Positions 50,359 through 59,392 of a stretch of DNA of 64,000 nucleotides are shown piece by piece; the first letter of the stretch is position 1, and every line of letters begins with the position of its first letter. The translations under genes were made by a program, and so were the position numbers. The notes below the pieces were generated by a model that saw nothing but the letters and a program-made list of their open reading frames with translations, searched no databases and was not told the origin of the DNA. The stretch spans positions 21,013 through 85,012 of the forward strand of contig CAJJCZ010000010.1 in NCBI GenBank assembly GCA_905182795.1, read 5' to 3'. The stretch is from an uncultured bacterium. Its GTDB lineage: Bacteria > Fidelibacterota > Marinisomatia > Marinisomatales > Marinisomataceae.

Positions 50359-50895
50359 TTATTTAGCCATTAAATATTCAGATATTTTAAATAATACAAT
50401 AAGACTTATAGCCCAACTGATACTAATGATTGCATAGTTTATATCTCCATCAGCAATGAAAGCAGCGTTAATTTTTTCACCACCCATATAAGCTAGAGGA
50501 GCTAGTAAGCCATAAAACCCAATTAGCATATATTTGCCTCTTAAGCGATTCATTGCATGATTAATTTGCGCTGCAAATCCTGCCCACATACATAGTATCC
50601 ATATTGGAGCCAAATGAGGGGCAGAGTCTATACTACCATTATAGGTAACAATCCCAAAAGCAGAGAAACTTGAATCAACGACTACACCCATTAAAATTGC
50701 TATAAGAATTAGTTGAACCTCTTCTTTTAGATGGTGAGCGACAATCATAAAATGTAAATATAGAAATATAATAGTAGGTATCAATGCAAGCGCAGTTACG
50801 CCTTGAGCGCCACTATAGACACAACAAATCCATACTATTGAGAATCCAAAGTAGTTAATGGCGACATTTGTATGAGATAGTATATATTTAATCAT
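50359..50895 (-). CDS. Small polytopic membrane protein (5-6 TM), possibly DUF2878-like
   Basis: 178 aa and almost entirely hydrophobic helices. Its stop is 2 nt before the OMF start. The family assignment is from memory only. Confidence 0.45.
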   Translation of the reverse strand: MIKYILSHTNVAINYFGFSIVWICCVYSGAQGVTALALIPTIIFLYLHFMIVAHHLKEEVQLILIAILMGVVVDSSFSAFGIVTYNGSIDSAPHLAPIWILCMWAGFAAQINHAMNRLRGKYMLIGFYGLLAPLAYMGGEKINAAFIADGDINYAIISISWAISLIVLFKISEYLMAK

Positions 50896-50954
50896 GGATC
50901 CTCTATTATTTGTTGTTAACTAAAATATGACCATCAAAAGTCATAAAAGTAACA

Positions 50955-51491
50955 TTATTTTTTATCATTAAATTTATCTTGAATAATCTGGAATCTAAAG
51001 CTAAAGATTTTTCTTAATTGAGGCTTGATAAACAAAGGATGCACAATAGTTCTAAACGCTTCTAAGGGTAAAGCGTAAGTGATTTCGTCTACAATATTCA
51101 CTCCACCTTCGACAGTTTTAAATGAATGTTTATGATGCCAATAGCTATAAGGCCCTTTTAATTGTTCATCTATAAAGAATTGATTTTTTTTATAACCAGT
51201 AATCATTGTTCTCCATCTTGCTGGTATACCCATAATATTCACAGTATAATCAATAATTGCTCCCTCTCTCATTTCTATAGGTTTGGGTGTCATAATATGA
51301 AAACCCATAGCAGGAGGAGTAATTTTTTCAAGATTTTCTGGTCTAGAAAAAAAATCAAAAACAGTATCCATATCGCTTGAAACAAACTGTTCTTTTTTGA
51401 AAGTGTATACTTTAGGCTTTCTTAACAATGATAGAATAAATACTAAAAATAGCATTAGTCCGGTTAATAATATGACTTGTATAAAATCCAT
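50955..51491 (-). CDS. Membrane-anchored SRPBCC (START/Bet v1-like ligand-binding) family protein
   Basis: 178 aa with an N-terminal TM helix. FFSRPENLEKITPP...W...I......F.DEQLKGPYSYWHHKHSF matches the COG4276-type SRPBCC pattern. A strong SD AGGGGGA lies upstream. Confidence 0.75.
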   Translation of the reverse strand: MDFIQVILLTGLMLFLVFILSLLRKPKVYTFKKEQFVSSDMDTVFDFFSRPENLEKITPPAMGFHIMTPKPIEMREGAIIDYTVNIMGIPARWRTMITGYKKNQFFIDEQLKGPYSYWHHKHSFKTVEGGVNIVDEITYALPLEAFRTIVHPLFIKPQLRKIFSFRFQIIQDKFNDKK

Positions 51492-51512
51492 TTAATGTCC
51501 CCCTTTGGAAAG

Positions 51513-51585
51513 TGGCTCGAGAGGGAATTGAACCCCCGACACAAGGATTTTCAATCCTCTGCTCTACCAACTGAGCTATCGAGCC
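51513..51585 (-). tRNA. tRNA-Phe (anticodon GAA)
   Basis: The reverse complement reads GGCTCGA-TA-GCTC-AGTTGGTA-GAGC-A-GAGGA-TTGAAAA-TCCTT-GTGTC-GGGGG-TTCAATT-CCCTC-TCGAGCC-A. CCA is not encoded. A -10-like TAAAAT lies at 51593-51598. Confidence 0.9.
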
Positions 51586-51656
51586 TTGTAAAATTTTAAA
51601 AAAACTACACATTATAAGTTATTTAAAAAACACATAAATATTTATTAGTTTCAGAA

Positions 51657-52253
51657 ATGAAAAATATTATTATCGCTTCTTCCAATGAACACAAAATATC
51701 TGAAATTATTACAACAATTCAACCTTTTTTTGATAAGATTTATTCATTGAGTGATTTTCCCGAAATCGGAGACATAAAAGAAGATGGAACTTCTATTGTT
51801 GAAAACTCGTTTATTAAATCAAGGGTGACATTTAATCATACTAAACTTCCATCTATGGCAGATGATACCGTATTAGAGGTTGATTGTCTAATGGGAGATC
51901 CTGGAATTTATACTGCTAGATATGCAGGTGAAAATGCTACGTATGAAGATAATATGAATAAGCTTTTAAAAAATATGAAAGGTATTCCTTTTAATGAAAG
52001 AACTGCTAGATTTAAAACGGTCGTTACATATGTTGATGGAGAGAACGATTTTTTTGTAGAAGGATGTTTAGAAGGTAAGATACTACAAGAGCGACAAGGA
52101 AGCTTAGGCTTTGGTTATGATCCTATTTTTTATGCGTCAAAACAAAAAATATCTTTAGGAAATATGAGTTTAAAAGAAAAAAATGAAATAAGTCATCGTG
52201 CGCTTGCAATTCATAAATTTGCAGATAAAATAAAAAAACTGATGTATGTATAA
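51657..52253 (+). CDS. rdgB: Non-canonical purine NTP pyrophosphatase (RdgB/HAM1 family)
   Basis: 198 aa with IIIASSNEHKISEI, the E..T..ENS..K pattern, GFGYDPIF and SHRA. Confidence 0.9.
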   Translation: MKNIIIASSNEHKISEIITTIQPFFDKIYSLSDFPEIGDIKEDGTSIVENSFIKSRVTFNHTKLPSMADDTVLEVDCLMGDPGIYTARYAGENATYEDNMNKLLKNMKGIPFNERTARFKTVVTYVDGENDFFVEGCLEGKILQERQGSLGFGYDPIFYASKQKISLGNMSLKEKNEISHRALAIHKFADKIKKLMYV

Positions 52254-55200
52254 AATTTATCTATTTGCCCTTGTTTTATTGTCATCTCCAATCCTGGGAG
52301 TTGAAAGTCCTAATAATAGTAATATTGTTACTAATCCATTTTTTAAAAAAGAATCAGTCAATTTTTGCTTAAATGATTTTTCTAACTACCCTATCGGAAT
52401 TTTTAAAAATGTTCAATCTTTGAATAAGTACAATGTGAAACTAGATCTTGATTCTAGCATGATATCAATTAGCCAATCTACCTTAGATCATCAACACCTG
52501 ATTCCCTATATTTCTTCTTTAGATGAGTATTTAAAAGATTTATACATGAAGAACCAAAGATATAACTTTAGCGAACCATTTATTTTATCAGCTTCAGATA
52601 CAACGATTGCTAGTAATAAGGGTAGATATTTAGAGGTAGCTGATTTTGATTTAGGAGCACTTGGAAGAGCTTCCTTAAGAGTTCAAGGTAATATTAACCT
52701 ATCCGGTAAATTGGTAAATCAAGATCAAGAGCTCGTAAGATCTTCTTATAAGGAACAAGAAAAAACTAATTTTAAATTTGATCAAAAACAGCAATTAAAT
52801 GTTCAAGGTAAGGTTGGTGAAAAAATTACTGTATCATTAGATCAGAATTCAGAAAGAGATTTTGATTGGGAAAATACTATTCGCGTTGATTATGCTGGTG
52901 ATGAAGATGATATTTTACAAAAACTTGAGATAGGAAATATTGCATTGACGTTACCCTCAACTGAGTTTGTAACATTCTCAGGTCAGAATAAGGGCTTATT
53001 TGGAATTAAAGCTCTCACAAAATTAGGTCCACTTAATATCACAAGCATTGCATCGGTAGAAAGAACTAAAAAACAATCTGAAAAATATAAAGGTACTTCT
53101 GAGGTAAAAACTAATCAAATACAGGATTATGATTATCGTAAAAACTTATATTTCTTTATTCATGAATGGTTTAGAAATGGCTCTTCTGATATTATACCAG
53201 ATAGCGGTTTTCAAGTAAACATCCCCTCTTATTACCCTTTAAATAATGGGTTACACAATATTGGTAATCTGGTAATTAAAAATTTTGAACTCTATAAAAT
53301 TGATTCTTCTAATAACCCACAAGCAGATCCTGGTACGGCATATATTGATCCAAACGATATAACCTTTTACAATGACAGTAGCAAGGAAGGAGCATTTATT
53401 AAGCTAGAACGAGGTTCCGATTATGCAGTCAATGAAGACTTGGGTTTTATAAGGATGCAGAATACTCTTCAGAATGAAATTATAGGAGCACATTTTGAGC
53501 TAGCAGATAGAACAACGGGAGCAATCGTTCTAAAGGTTGGAGCTAATATTGGAGATGATGGAAGTACGGTTTTAGTATTAAAAATGTTAAAAGCTCAATC
53601 ATCACACCCTAATCATCCAACATGGGACCTTATGTTTAAAAATGTATATTCTCTTGGAGCGACTAATATTGATCAGTCTAGTTTAGAGGTTAAAATTTTA
53701 GATAATTTTTCTACTCCTGTTAGTGACAGAACAAGTGCTGGCGCTACCTTTTTAAATTTATTTGGTTTAGATAATCTTAATCAAGCTGGAGCAGCTTCGC
53801 CGGATGAAGTTATTGATTTTAATAATCCAAATATTGTTAATCTAAAGGCAGGAGAAGTCCATTTGCCGGCCTTACTACCTTTTGTATCAAGCAATAGTAT
53901 AGAGGGTGGGAATGATAGCAATACGTTGGACCCTTTATTACAACAGGGGAAAATGTATACCAGTACTAATCGAACGGAATATACAGGCGATTCTCGTTTT
54001 ACCATTGCTGCAGGCTATATAAATCCAAAATCTACAATTAATCTAGGCTTCACATTGGTTGAGGGTAGTGAAGAAATTTATTCTAATGGTCAAAAACTAG
54101 AAAGAGGTCAAGATTATCAGATTGATTATTTTTCTGGAACGATAATGCTTACTGAAAATATTGATCCCAATAGTGATTTAGAAATTGTATATGATAAGCA
54201 TGACCTGGTAACCTTTGATAGAAAAGTAATGGTTGGTTCGCGTGCACAGATAGATTTTGATGAAAATTCATTTTTAGGTATGACAGCCCTTTATTATAAT
54301 CAAGATATAGTAAATAAAAAGGTCGAAGTAGGTTTTGAGCCAGTTCAAAATTTTATTTGGGATATTAATGGGCGTTATGAAAAAGATTTAGATAATTTAT
54401 CTGCATCATTAAATAAGCTTGATATGTTCAATGCTGAAAAATTATCCAGATTTACTTTTGAAGGAGAAATAGCACAAGTATTACCCAATCCTAACTCTAT
54501 ATCTAATGCCGCTACAGGTGACAGTGATGGGGTAGCATATATCGATGATTTTGAAGGATCAAAACGAGTTACTAGTCCATCAATATTGCGAAGATTCTGG
54601 AATATTTCTTCTGCTCCACTGAATCTTGACACTGATCAGCCTTTTGATCAAAGAAATCGAGCGAGAATGCATTGGTACAACCCGTACTCTCAAGTATTAA
54701 CAAATACTATTTGGCCTAATATATCTACATCACAAAGAGCCCAGAATCTTACCACAGATATTTTAGTATTAAACTTTGAACCAAAAGAATATCAAGAAAG
54801 CGTAGACCCAGATTCAGTATGGGCTGGTGTTGTCACTCCAATGTTTATAGGAGACTATGACCAGACAAGAAGTAGATTCTTTGAAATTTGGTTGCGTGGA
54901 GATGAAGGACATTTAACAGTAGACTTAGGTAAGATTAGCGAAGATTATAATGGTGATGGTTCTCTGAATAACGAAGATATTCCAGATGCGGGGCTAGCTC
55001 TTGGTAATGGATTTTTAGAAGACGCTGAAGACACGGGTCTTGATGGTTGTTTTGATAGTTTTGAAGATGGTTGGGGAAACTGCTTAAGTACAGAAGAAGG
55101 ATTAAGCTACCAAGATTATCTATCTAATGGAGAAATAGCTATTATCAATGCTTCTTCTGATGTGAATGTGAATGACCCAAATGATGATAATTGGGATTAT

Positions 55201-58200
55201 ACTGAAGGAAGTTCAGATTATACAAAAGTAAACGGTACAGAGGGGAATGGTACTGGAGATAGAATTCAAGCAGGAGGTAAATATCCTGATAGTGAAGACT
55301 TAGATCAATCAGGGTTTTTAGACAGATCTAATGATTATTTTACTAAAACTATTTCTTTAGATGATAATACATATGTTGCTGGTTCTACTATTGTTAATGG
55401 AGTAGAGACAGGTTGGAAATTGATAAGAATTCCTTTGAGTCATTTTTCTCAAATCAAAGATATTACGCTAAGTGAAATTAAATATGTGAGACTTGTAGTG
55501 TCTGGTATTGATAAGCCATCGCAGTTAGAAATTGCTAAAATGGAGCTTGTAGGAAATGCATGGGAAGAGATGGGAACATCATTTGTTGATCAAGAAGAAT
55601 ATGCAGTTCAAGATAGCACATTTTTAGTGACAGTAGTAAATGATGAAGATAATCCTGATTACATACCACCGAAAGGTGTTTTTGGAGAGTATGATCAAAT
55701 CAGTAAAATACGCTCTAAAGAGCAGTCTTTAGTTCTAAAGTTTGATAATCTAAATCCAGATTTTAAAGGAGCAGCAAAGAAAATTTTATCATCTATGACA
55801 TCTCAAAAAGGACAAAGTTTTTTGATGTACGATCAAATGAAAATGTTTGTTTATGGGGACAGTCCAGATGCATCAGAAAATAATACTGATTTAAGGTTTT
55901 TTATACAATTTGGGACTGGAGATGAATATTATAAATTAACTAAACCCGTATATGATAGCTGGGATGAAGACCAAGAAAGAAATGCAATCAATCTTGACCT
56001 TAACTGGTTGACCAGTTTAAAGAATATGGATGAAAGTTCTATTGAAAAAATTAATGCTAATGATACATTTATTGATTCCTTAGAATATAAACGATATCAA
56101 TTTATCGATGACAATAATGAAGAATATAAAAAGATTGAAATTGTAGGTAATCCCTCACTTTCTAGATTGCAATATTTTATTGTTGGAGTTGAAAACAACA
56201 CAAGTCATCCAATTACAGGTGAGATTTGGTTAGATGAATTGCGCTTGAGTGGAGTAAAAAAAGAACAAGGAACTGCTGTAAGATTGAAATCTGAATTTAA
56301 TTTATCTGATTTCAATAAGAGCTCTATCTCATATAGCAAAAAAGATGCCGACTTTCATATCCTACAAGAAAGAATTGGAACAAATACTACTACTGAAAAT
56401 TTAATATTTACTAATAATATGCAATTAGGGAGCTTGTTTCCTCAGAAATTTGGGATTTCATTTCCAATAAATATGACATATAACATGCAAAATAATGCAC
56501 CAAAATTTTTTCCAGGAACCGATATTAGAACTAACGGGGCTACGCCAGATTCTATATCAGTCAAGTCATCTATAGTTAGTTTTAATGGTAAAGTTTCAAA
56601 ACAAATTAAATCAGAGAATCCTTTTGTTAAGTATACAATTGATAATCTTAGTGCATCATTTAATATGTCAGATCAAAATAGATCTGACGAAATTATGAAA
56701 TCAGTAGATACAAAACGATTAACTACTAATCTTGATTATAACCTAAGATTCCCTAGTGATAATTATATTGAAGCATTCAAATGGATGTCCAAAGTACCAT
56801 TAGTTGGTGAAAAAATTAGCGAAACTAAATTTTTCTATACCCCAACATCTCTTGTTACAGGATTTAGAATAAATCGGAATTTGACTGAAAGAGAATCAAG
56901 GTCTAGCACTGATTTGATTGATGATTTTAATTTAGGATTAGATAGAAAGCTTAGTATCAATTATAAAGTTTTTGATAATACGCAGTTTACTTATAATAAG
57001 AATATTAAAAGTGATATGTCAGAATATAGAGACAAGCTGCTTGAAAACTTAAAAATAGGAAAGGTTACAAGTAGCACAGAATCTTTAGGCTCTACTTTTA
57101 ATCCGCAATGGTTGAGTTGGATTAAACCAAATTTTTCTTACAACACTAACTATTCATGGAACAAGCCATTATCTACTGTAATTGATGGAGCAAATCTTTC
57201 TGCAGTAAAGAATATTGGAATTAATTTTGCACTATCTGGGACTGATATTATTGAGACATTTTATACTCCTGCATCTAAGAGAAAGGCAATTACTCCAACC
57301 ACTAGATCTAGATCTACAGCAGGATTATCAAGAGGTTCAGATATTGAAGCAGAAGATATAGAAGACAATAGAGATCTTTCAATAGATGAAGAAGATAAGA
57401 AAAAAGAAAAAAGAAAAATTGAAAATAGCTTTGTAATGGAAAGAATCTATCAGATGTCCAAAAAAGTAGAACCTTTAAGTGTTGCTATTAATACAACTAC
57501 CAATAGAACTGCAAATGGTGTTAAAGGCGATGTTCCTTTGAGCTATAGATTTGGATTTAGTGATAGTCATGGATTAGAAAATGCACCAGAGGTAGGATTA
57601 AATACGGGAGCAGAAGATATTAAAAAATCTTTATCAATTAGAACTGGTATTCGTTTTAATCCAACAACATCTTTAAGTATCTCATTCTCTGAAAGTATCT
57701 CGTCAAATATTAATGGATATAATATTGATACTAGATCTATTAATAGAGATTATCTTGCCTATGGAAAACATCTCTCTAATGGAATACCTTTTTCTAATTG
57801 GTCTTTACGTATAGGGGGATTAGAAAAAATTAAATTTCTTTCACCTTATGTAAACTCAATATCTATCGAGCATGCATTTAGCGGAAAAGAAACTCTATCT
57901 TGGAAATTTAATGATGATAGTGTTGGTGCAATTGATCTATTTAGTATATCATCATTTGCCAATAACAATGATGACAATAGACAATTTTCACGAACTTCTC
58001 GTAGCTTTACTCCATTGTTAGGTATTACCAGTTCTTTTAAGAATGGTATATCGACAAATATTAGAACAAACATTACTCATACTTTAGATGAAGTAGCAAA
58101 TGGACTAACTTACGTTTCTGACAATAGTATTTTAGCTAGTATAACCTATAATTTTTCTAAAGGAATTAGATTTTCCCTACCATTTACTGAAAAAAATATA

Positions 58201-58458
58201 TATCTAAAGAATAATATGAATATCACTTTAAATTTTGATATCAGTCAGAAAAAAGAAGAAGGATCTAAAGATAAAATCAATTTTGCTGAGCAAAACTTTA
58301 CTAATTCACGCAAGAGTGTATTGCGAGTTACTTATACGTTAACTGATGATGTCACAGGGAGCTTATTTTATGAATATCGTGAAAATGATACTAGATTAAC
58401 AGGTCGTAGAATTGATCGTGATTTTGGAATAAATCTAAATGTTGCAATTAGAGGGTAA
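52246..58458 (+). CDS. sprA: Cell-surface protein SprA (type IX secretion system translocon)
   Basis: 2070 aa. Several blocks match my recollection of Flavobacterium SprA: ILQKLEIGNIALTLP...GLFGIK, LVLKMLKAQ...HPTWDLMFKNVY, YIDDFEGSKR and GEIWLDELRLSG. A beta-rich C-terminus is consistent with a giant barrel. Confidence 0.85.
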   Translation: MYKIYLFALVLLSSPILGVESPNNSNIVTNPFFKKESVNFCLNDFSNYPIGIFKNVQSLNKYNVKLDLDSSMISISQSTLDHQHLIPYISSLDEYLKDLYMKNQRYNFSEPFILSASDTTIASNKGRYLEVADFDLGALGRASLRVQGNINLSGKLVNQDQELVRSSYKEQEKTNFKFDQKQQLNVQGKVGEKITVSLDQNSERDFDWENTIRVDYAGDEDDILQKLEIGNIALTLPSTEFVTFSGQNKGLFGIKALTKLGPLNITSIASVERTKKQSEKYKGTSEVKTNQIQDYDYRKNLYFFIHEWFRNGSSDIIPDSGFQVNIPSYYPLNNGLHNIGNLVIKNFELYKIDSSNNPQADPGTAYIDPNDITFYNDSSKEGAFIKLERGSDYAVNEDLGFIRMQNTLQNEIIGAHFELADRTTGAIVLKVGANIGDDGSTVLVLKMLKAQSSHPNHPTWDLMFKNVYSLGATNIDQSSLEVKILDNFSTPVSDRTSAGATFLNLFGLDNLNQAGAASPDEVIDFNNPNIVNLKAGEVHLPALLPFVSSNSIEGGNDSNTLDPLLQQGKMYTSTNRTEYTGDSRFTIAAGYINPKSTINLGFTLVEGSEEIYSNGQKLERGQDYQIDYFSGTIMLTENIDPNSDLEIVYDKHDLVTFDRKVMVGSRAQIDFDENSFLGMTALYYNQDIVNKKVEVGFEPVQNFIWDINGRYEKDLDNLSASLNKLDMFNAEKLSRFTFEGEIAQVLPNPNSISNAATGDSDGVAYIDDFEGSKRVTSPSILRRFWNISSAPLNLDTDQPFDQRNRARMHWYNPYSQVLTNTIWPNISTSQRAQNLTTDILVLNFEPKEYQESVDPDSVWAGVVTPMFIGDYDQTRSRFFEIWLRGDEGHLTVDLGKISEDYNGDGSLNNEDIPDAGLALGNGFLEDAEDTGLDGCFDSFEDGWGNCLSTEEGLSYQDYLSNGEIAIINASSDVNVNDPNDDNWDYTEGSSDYTKVNGTEGNGTGDRIQAGGKYPDSEDLDQSGFLDRSNDYFTKTISLDDNTYVAGSTIVNGVETGWKLIRIPLSHFSQIKDITLSEIKYVRLVVSGIDKPSQLEIAKMELVGNAWEEMGTSFVDQEEYAVQDSTFLVTVVNDEDNPDYIPPKGVFGEYDQISKIRSKEQSLVLKFDNLNPDFKGAAKKILSSMTSQKGQSFLMYDQMKMFVYGDSPDASENNTDLRFFIQFGTGDEYYKLTKPVYDSWDEDQERNAINLDLNWLTSLKNMDESSIEKINANDTFIDSLEYKRYQFIDDNNEEYKKIEIVGNPSLSRLQYFIVGVENNTSHPITGEIWLDELRLSGVKKEQGTAVRLKSEFNLSDFNKSSISYSKKDADFHILQERIGTNTTTENLIFTNNMQLGSLFPQKFGISFPINMTYNMQNNAPKFFPGTDIRTNGATPDSISVKSSIVSFNGKVSKQIKSENPFVKYTIDNLSASFNMSDQNRSDEIMKSVDTKRLTTNLDYNLRFPSDNYIEAFKWMSKVPLVGEKISETKFFYTPTSLVTGFRINRNLTERESRSSTDLIDDFNLGLDRKLSINYKVFDNTQFTYNKNIKSDMSEYRDKLLENLKIGKVTSSTESLGSTFNPQWLSWIKPNFSYNTNYSWNKPLSTVIDGANLSAVKNIGINFALSGTDIIETFYTPASKRKAITPTTRSRSTAGLSRGSDIEAEDIEDNRDLSIDEEDKKKEKRKIENSFVMERIYQMSKKVEPLSVAINTTTNRTANGVKGDVPLSYRFGFSDSHGLENAPEVGLNTGAEDIKKSLSIRTGIRFNPTTSLSISFSESISSNINGYNIDTRSINRDYLAYGKHLSNGIPFSNWSLRIGGLEKIKFLSPYVNSISIEHAFSGKETLSWKFNDDSVGAIDLFSISSFANNNDDNRQFSRTSRSFTPLLGITSSFKNGISTNIRTNITHTLDEVANGLTYVSDNSILASITYNFSKGIRFSLPFTEKNIYLKNNMNITLNFDISQKKEEGSKDKINFAEQNFTNSRKSVLRVTYTLTDDVTGSLFYEYRENDTRLTGRRIDRDFGINLNVAIRG

Positions 58459-58459
58459 G

Positions 58460-59392
58460 ATGAAAAGAATATTATTTTTAGCTTTAGTTTTATTTGTAAT
58501 TAGCTGTGATACTAAACCTACAAAGTCTATTGATATACCAAGCTTTGACTTCAATAAAGCATTTACATATCTAGAAAAACAATGTGAATTTGGTCCAAGA
58601 AATCCTGGCTCAGTTGGTCACTCAGATTTTAGTTATTATTTAAAAGATTTCTTAAGTGACTTATCGGGTAAGCTAACTGTCCAAGAATTTGTTTATACGG
58701 AGCCCATTACAAACATAGAAAGAGATGGTAAAAATTTTATTATTCAGTTTAATCAAGAAGCAAAATATCGCTTACTGATTGGAGCACATTGGGATACTAG
58801 ATCTGTTTCTGATCAAGATGAATCTATAGATAACCAGAGCCTCCCAGTTCTTGGAGCAAATGATGGAGCAAGCGGTACTGCGGTTCTTATGGAGTTATGC
58901 AATATTGTTTCAGCGAACAATCCAGAAATTGGTATTGATGTCGTATTCTTTGATGCTGAAGATGGAGGAGTTCCTGGCCAACCAGATACTTTTGCTCTGG
59001 GAGCAAAATTTTTTGCTGAAAATTTACCTATTACAAAACCAGATTTTGCAATTATAGTAGATATGGTCGGAGATAAAAATTTAACTATCCCCATTGAAAG
59101 AATTTCTTATAGCATCGCTCCTGAGAAAGTCAAAGAAATCTGGGGGTTAGCAGAGGATTTATCATTGCCTGCTTTTAAAAAGACAATTCAAAATGAAATT
59201 TATGATGACCATGTCCCGTTATGGGAAATCGCAGAAATACCAGCTATTGATATTATTGATTTTCAATATCCAAATATGTTTTATAATTATTGGCATACTC
59301 AGCTTGATACCCCAGAAAATTGTTCAGCACAAAGCTTAGGACAAGTAGGAAAATTATTAGTAAGTTATATCTATGGCTCAACTCATCAATAA
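58460..59392 (+). CDS. M28-fold glutaminyl-cyclase-like lipoprotein
   Basis: Lipobox LFVISC|D. Motifs GAHWDTR, PVLGANDGASGTAVLMEL, GIDVVFFDAEDGG, DMVGD, DDH and WHTQLDTPEN follow the bacterial type II glutaminyl cyclase / M28 pattern. The ATG lies 1 nt after the sprA stop. Confidence 0.7.
   Translation: MKRILFLALVLFVISCDTKPTKSIDIPSFDFNKAFTYLEKQCEFGPRNPGSVGHSDFSYYLKDFLSDLSGKLTVQEFVYTEPITNIERDGKNFIIQFNQEAKYRLLIGAHWDTRSVSDQDESIDNQSLPVLGANDGASGTAVLMELCNIVSANNPEIGIDVVFFDAEDGGVPGQPDTFALGAKFFAENLPITKPDFAIIVDMVGDKNLTIPIERISYSIAPEKVKEIWGLAEDLSLPAFKKTIQNEIYDDHVPLWEIAEIPAIDIIDFQYPNMFYNYWHTQLDTPENCSAQSLGQVGKLLVSYIYGSTHQ

Noticed and set aside
51412-51612. 66-aa ORF on the minus strand
   Set aside because: It runs straight through tRNA-Phe (51513-51585) and the start of the SRPBCC gene. 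The tRNA cloverleaf fully explains the region.
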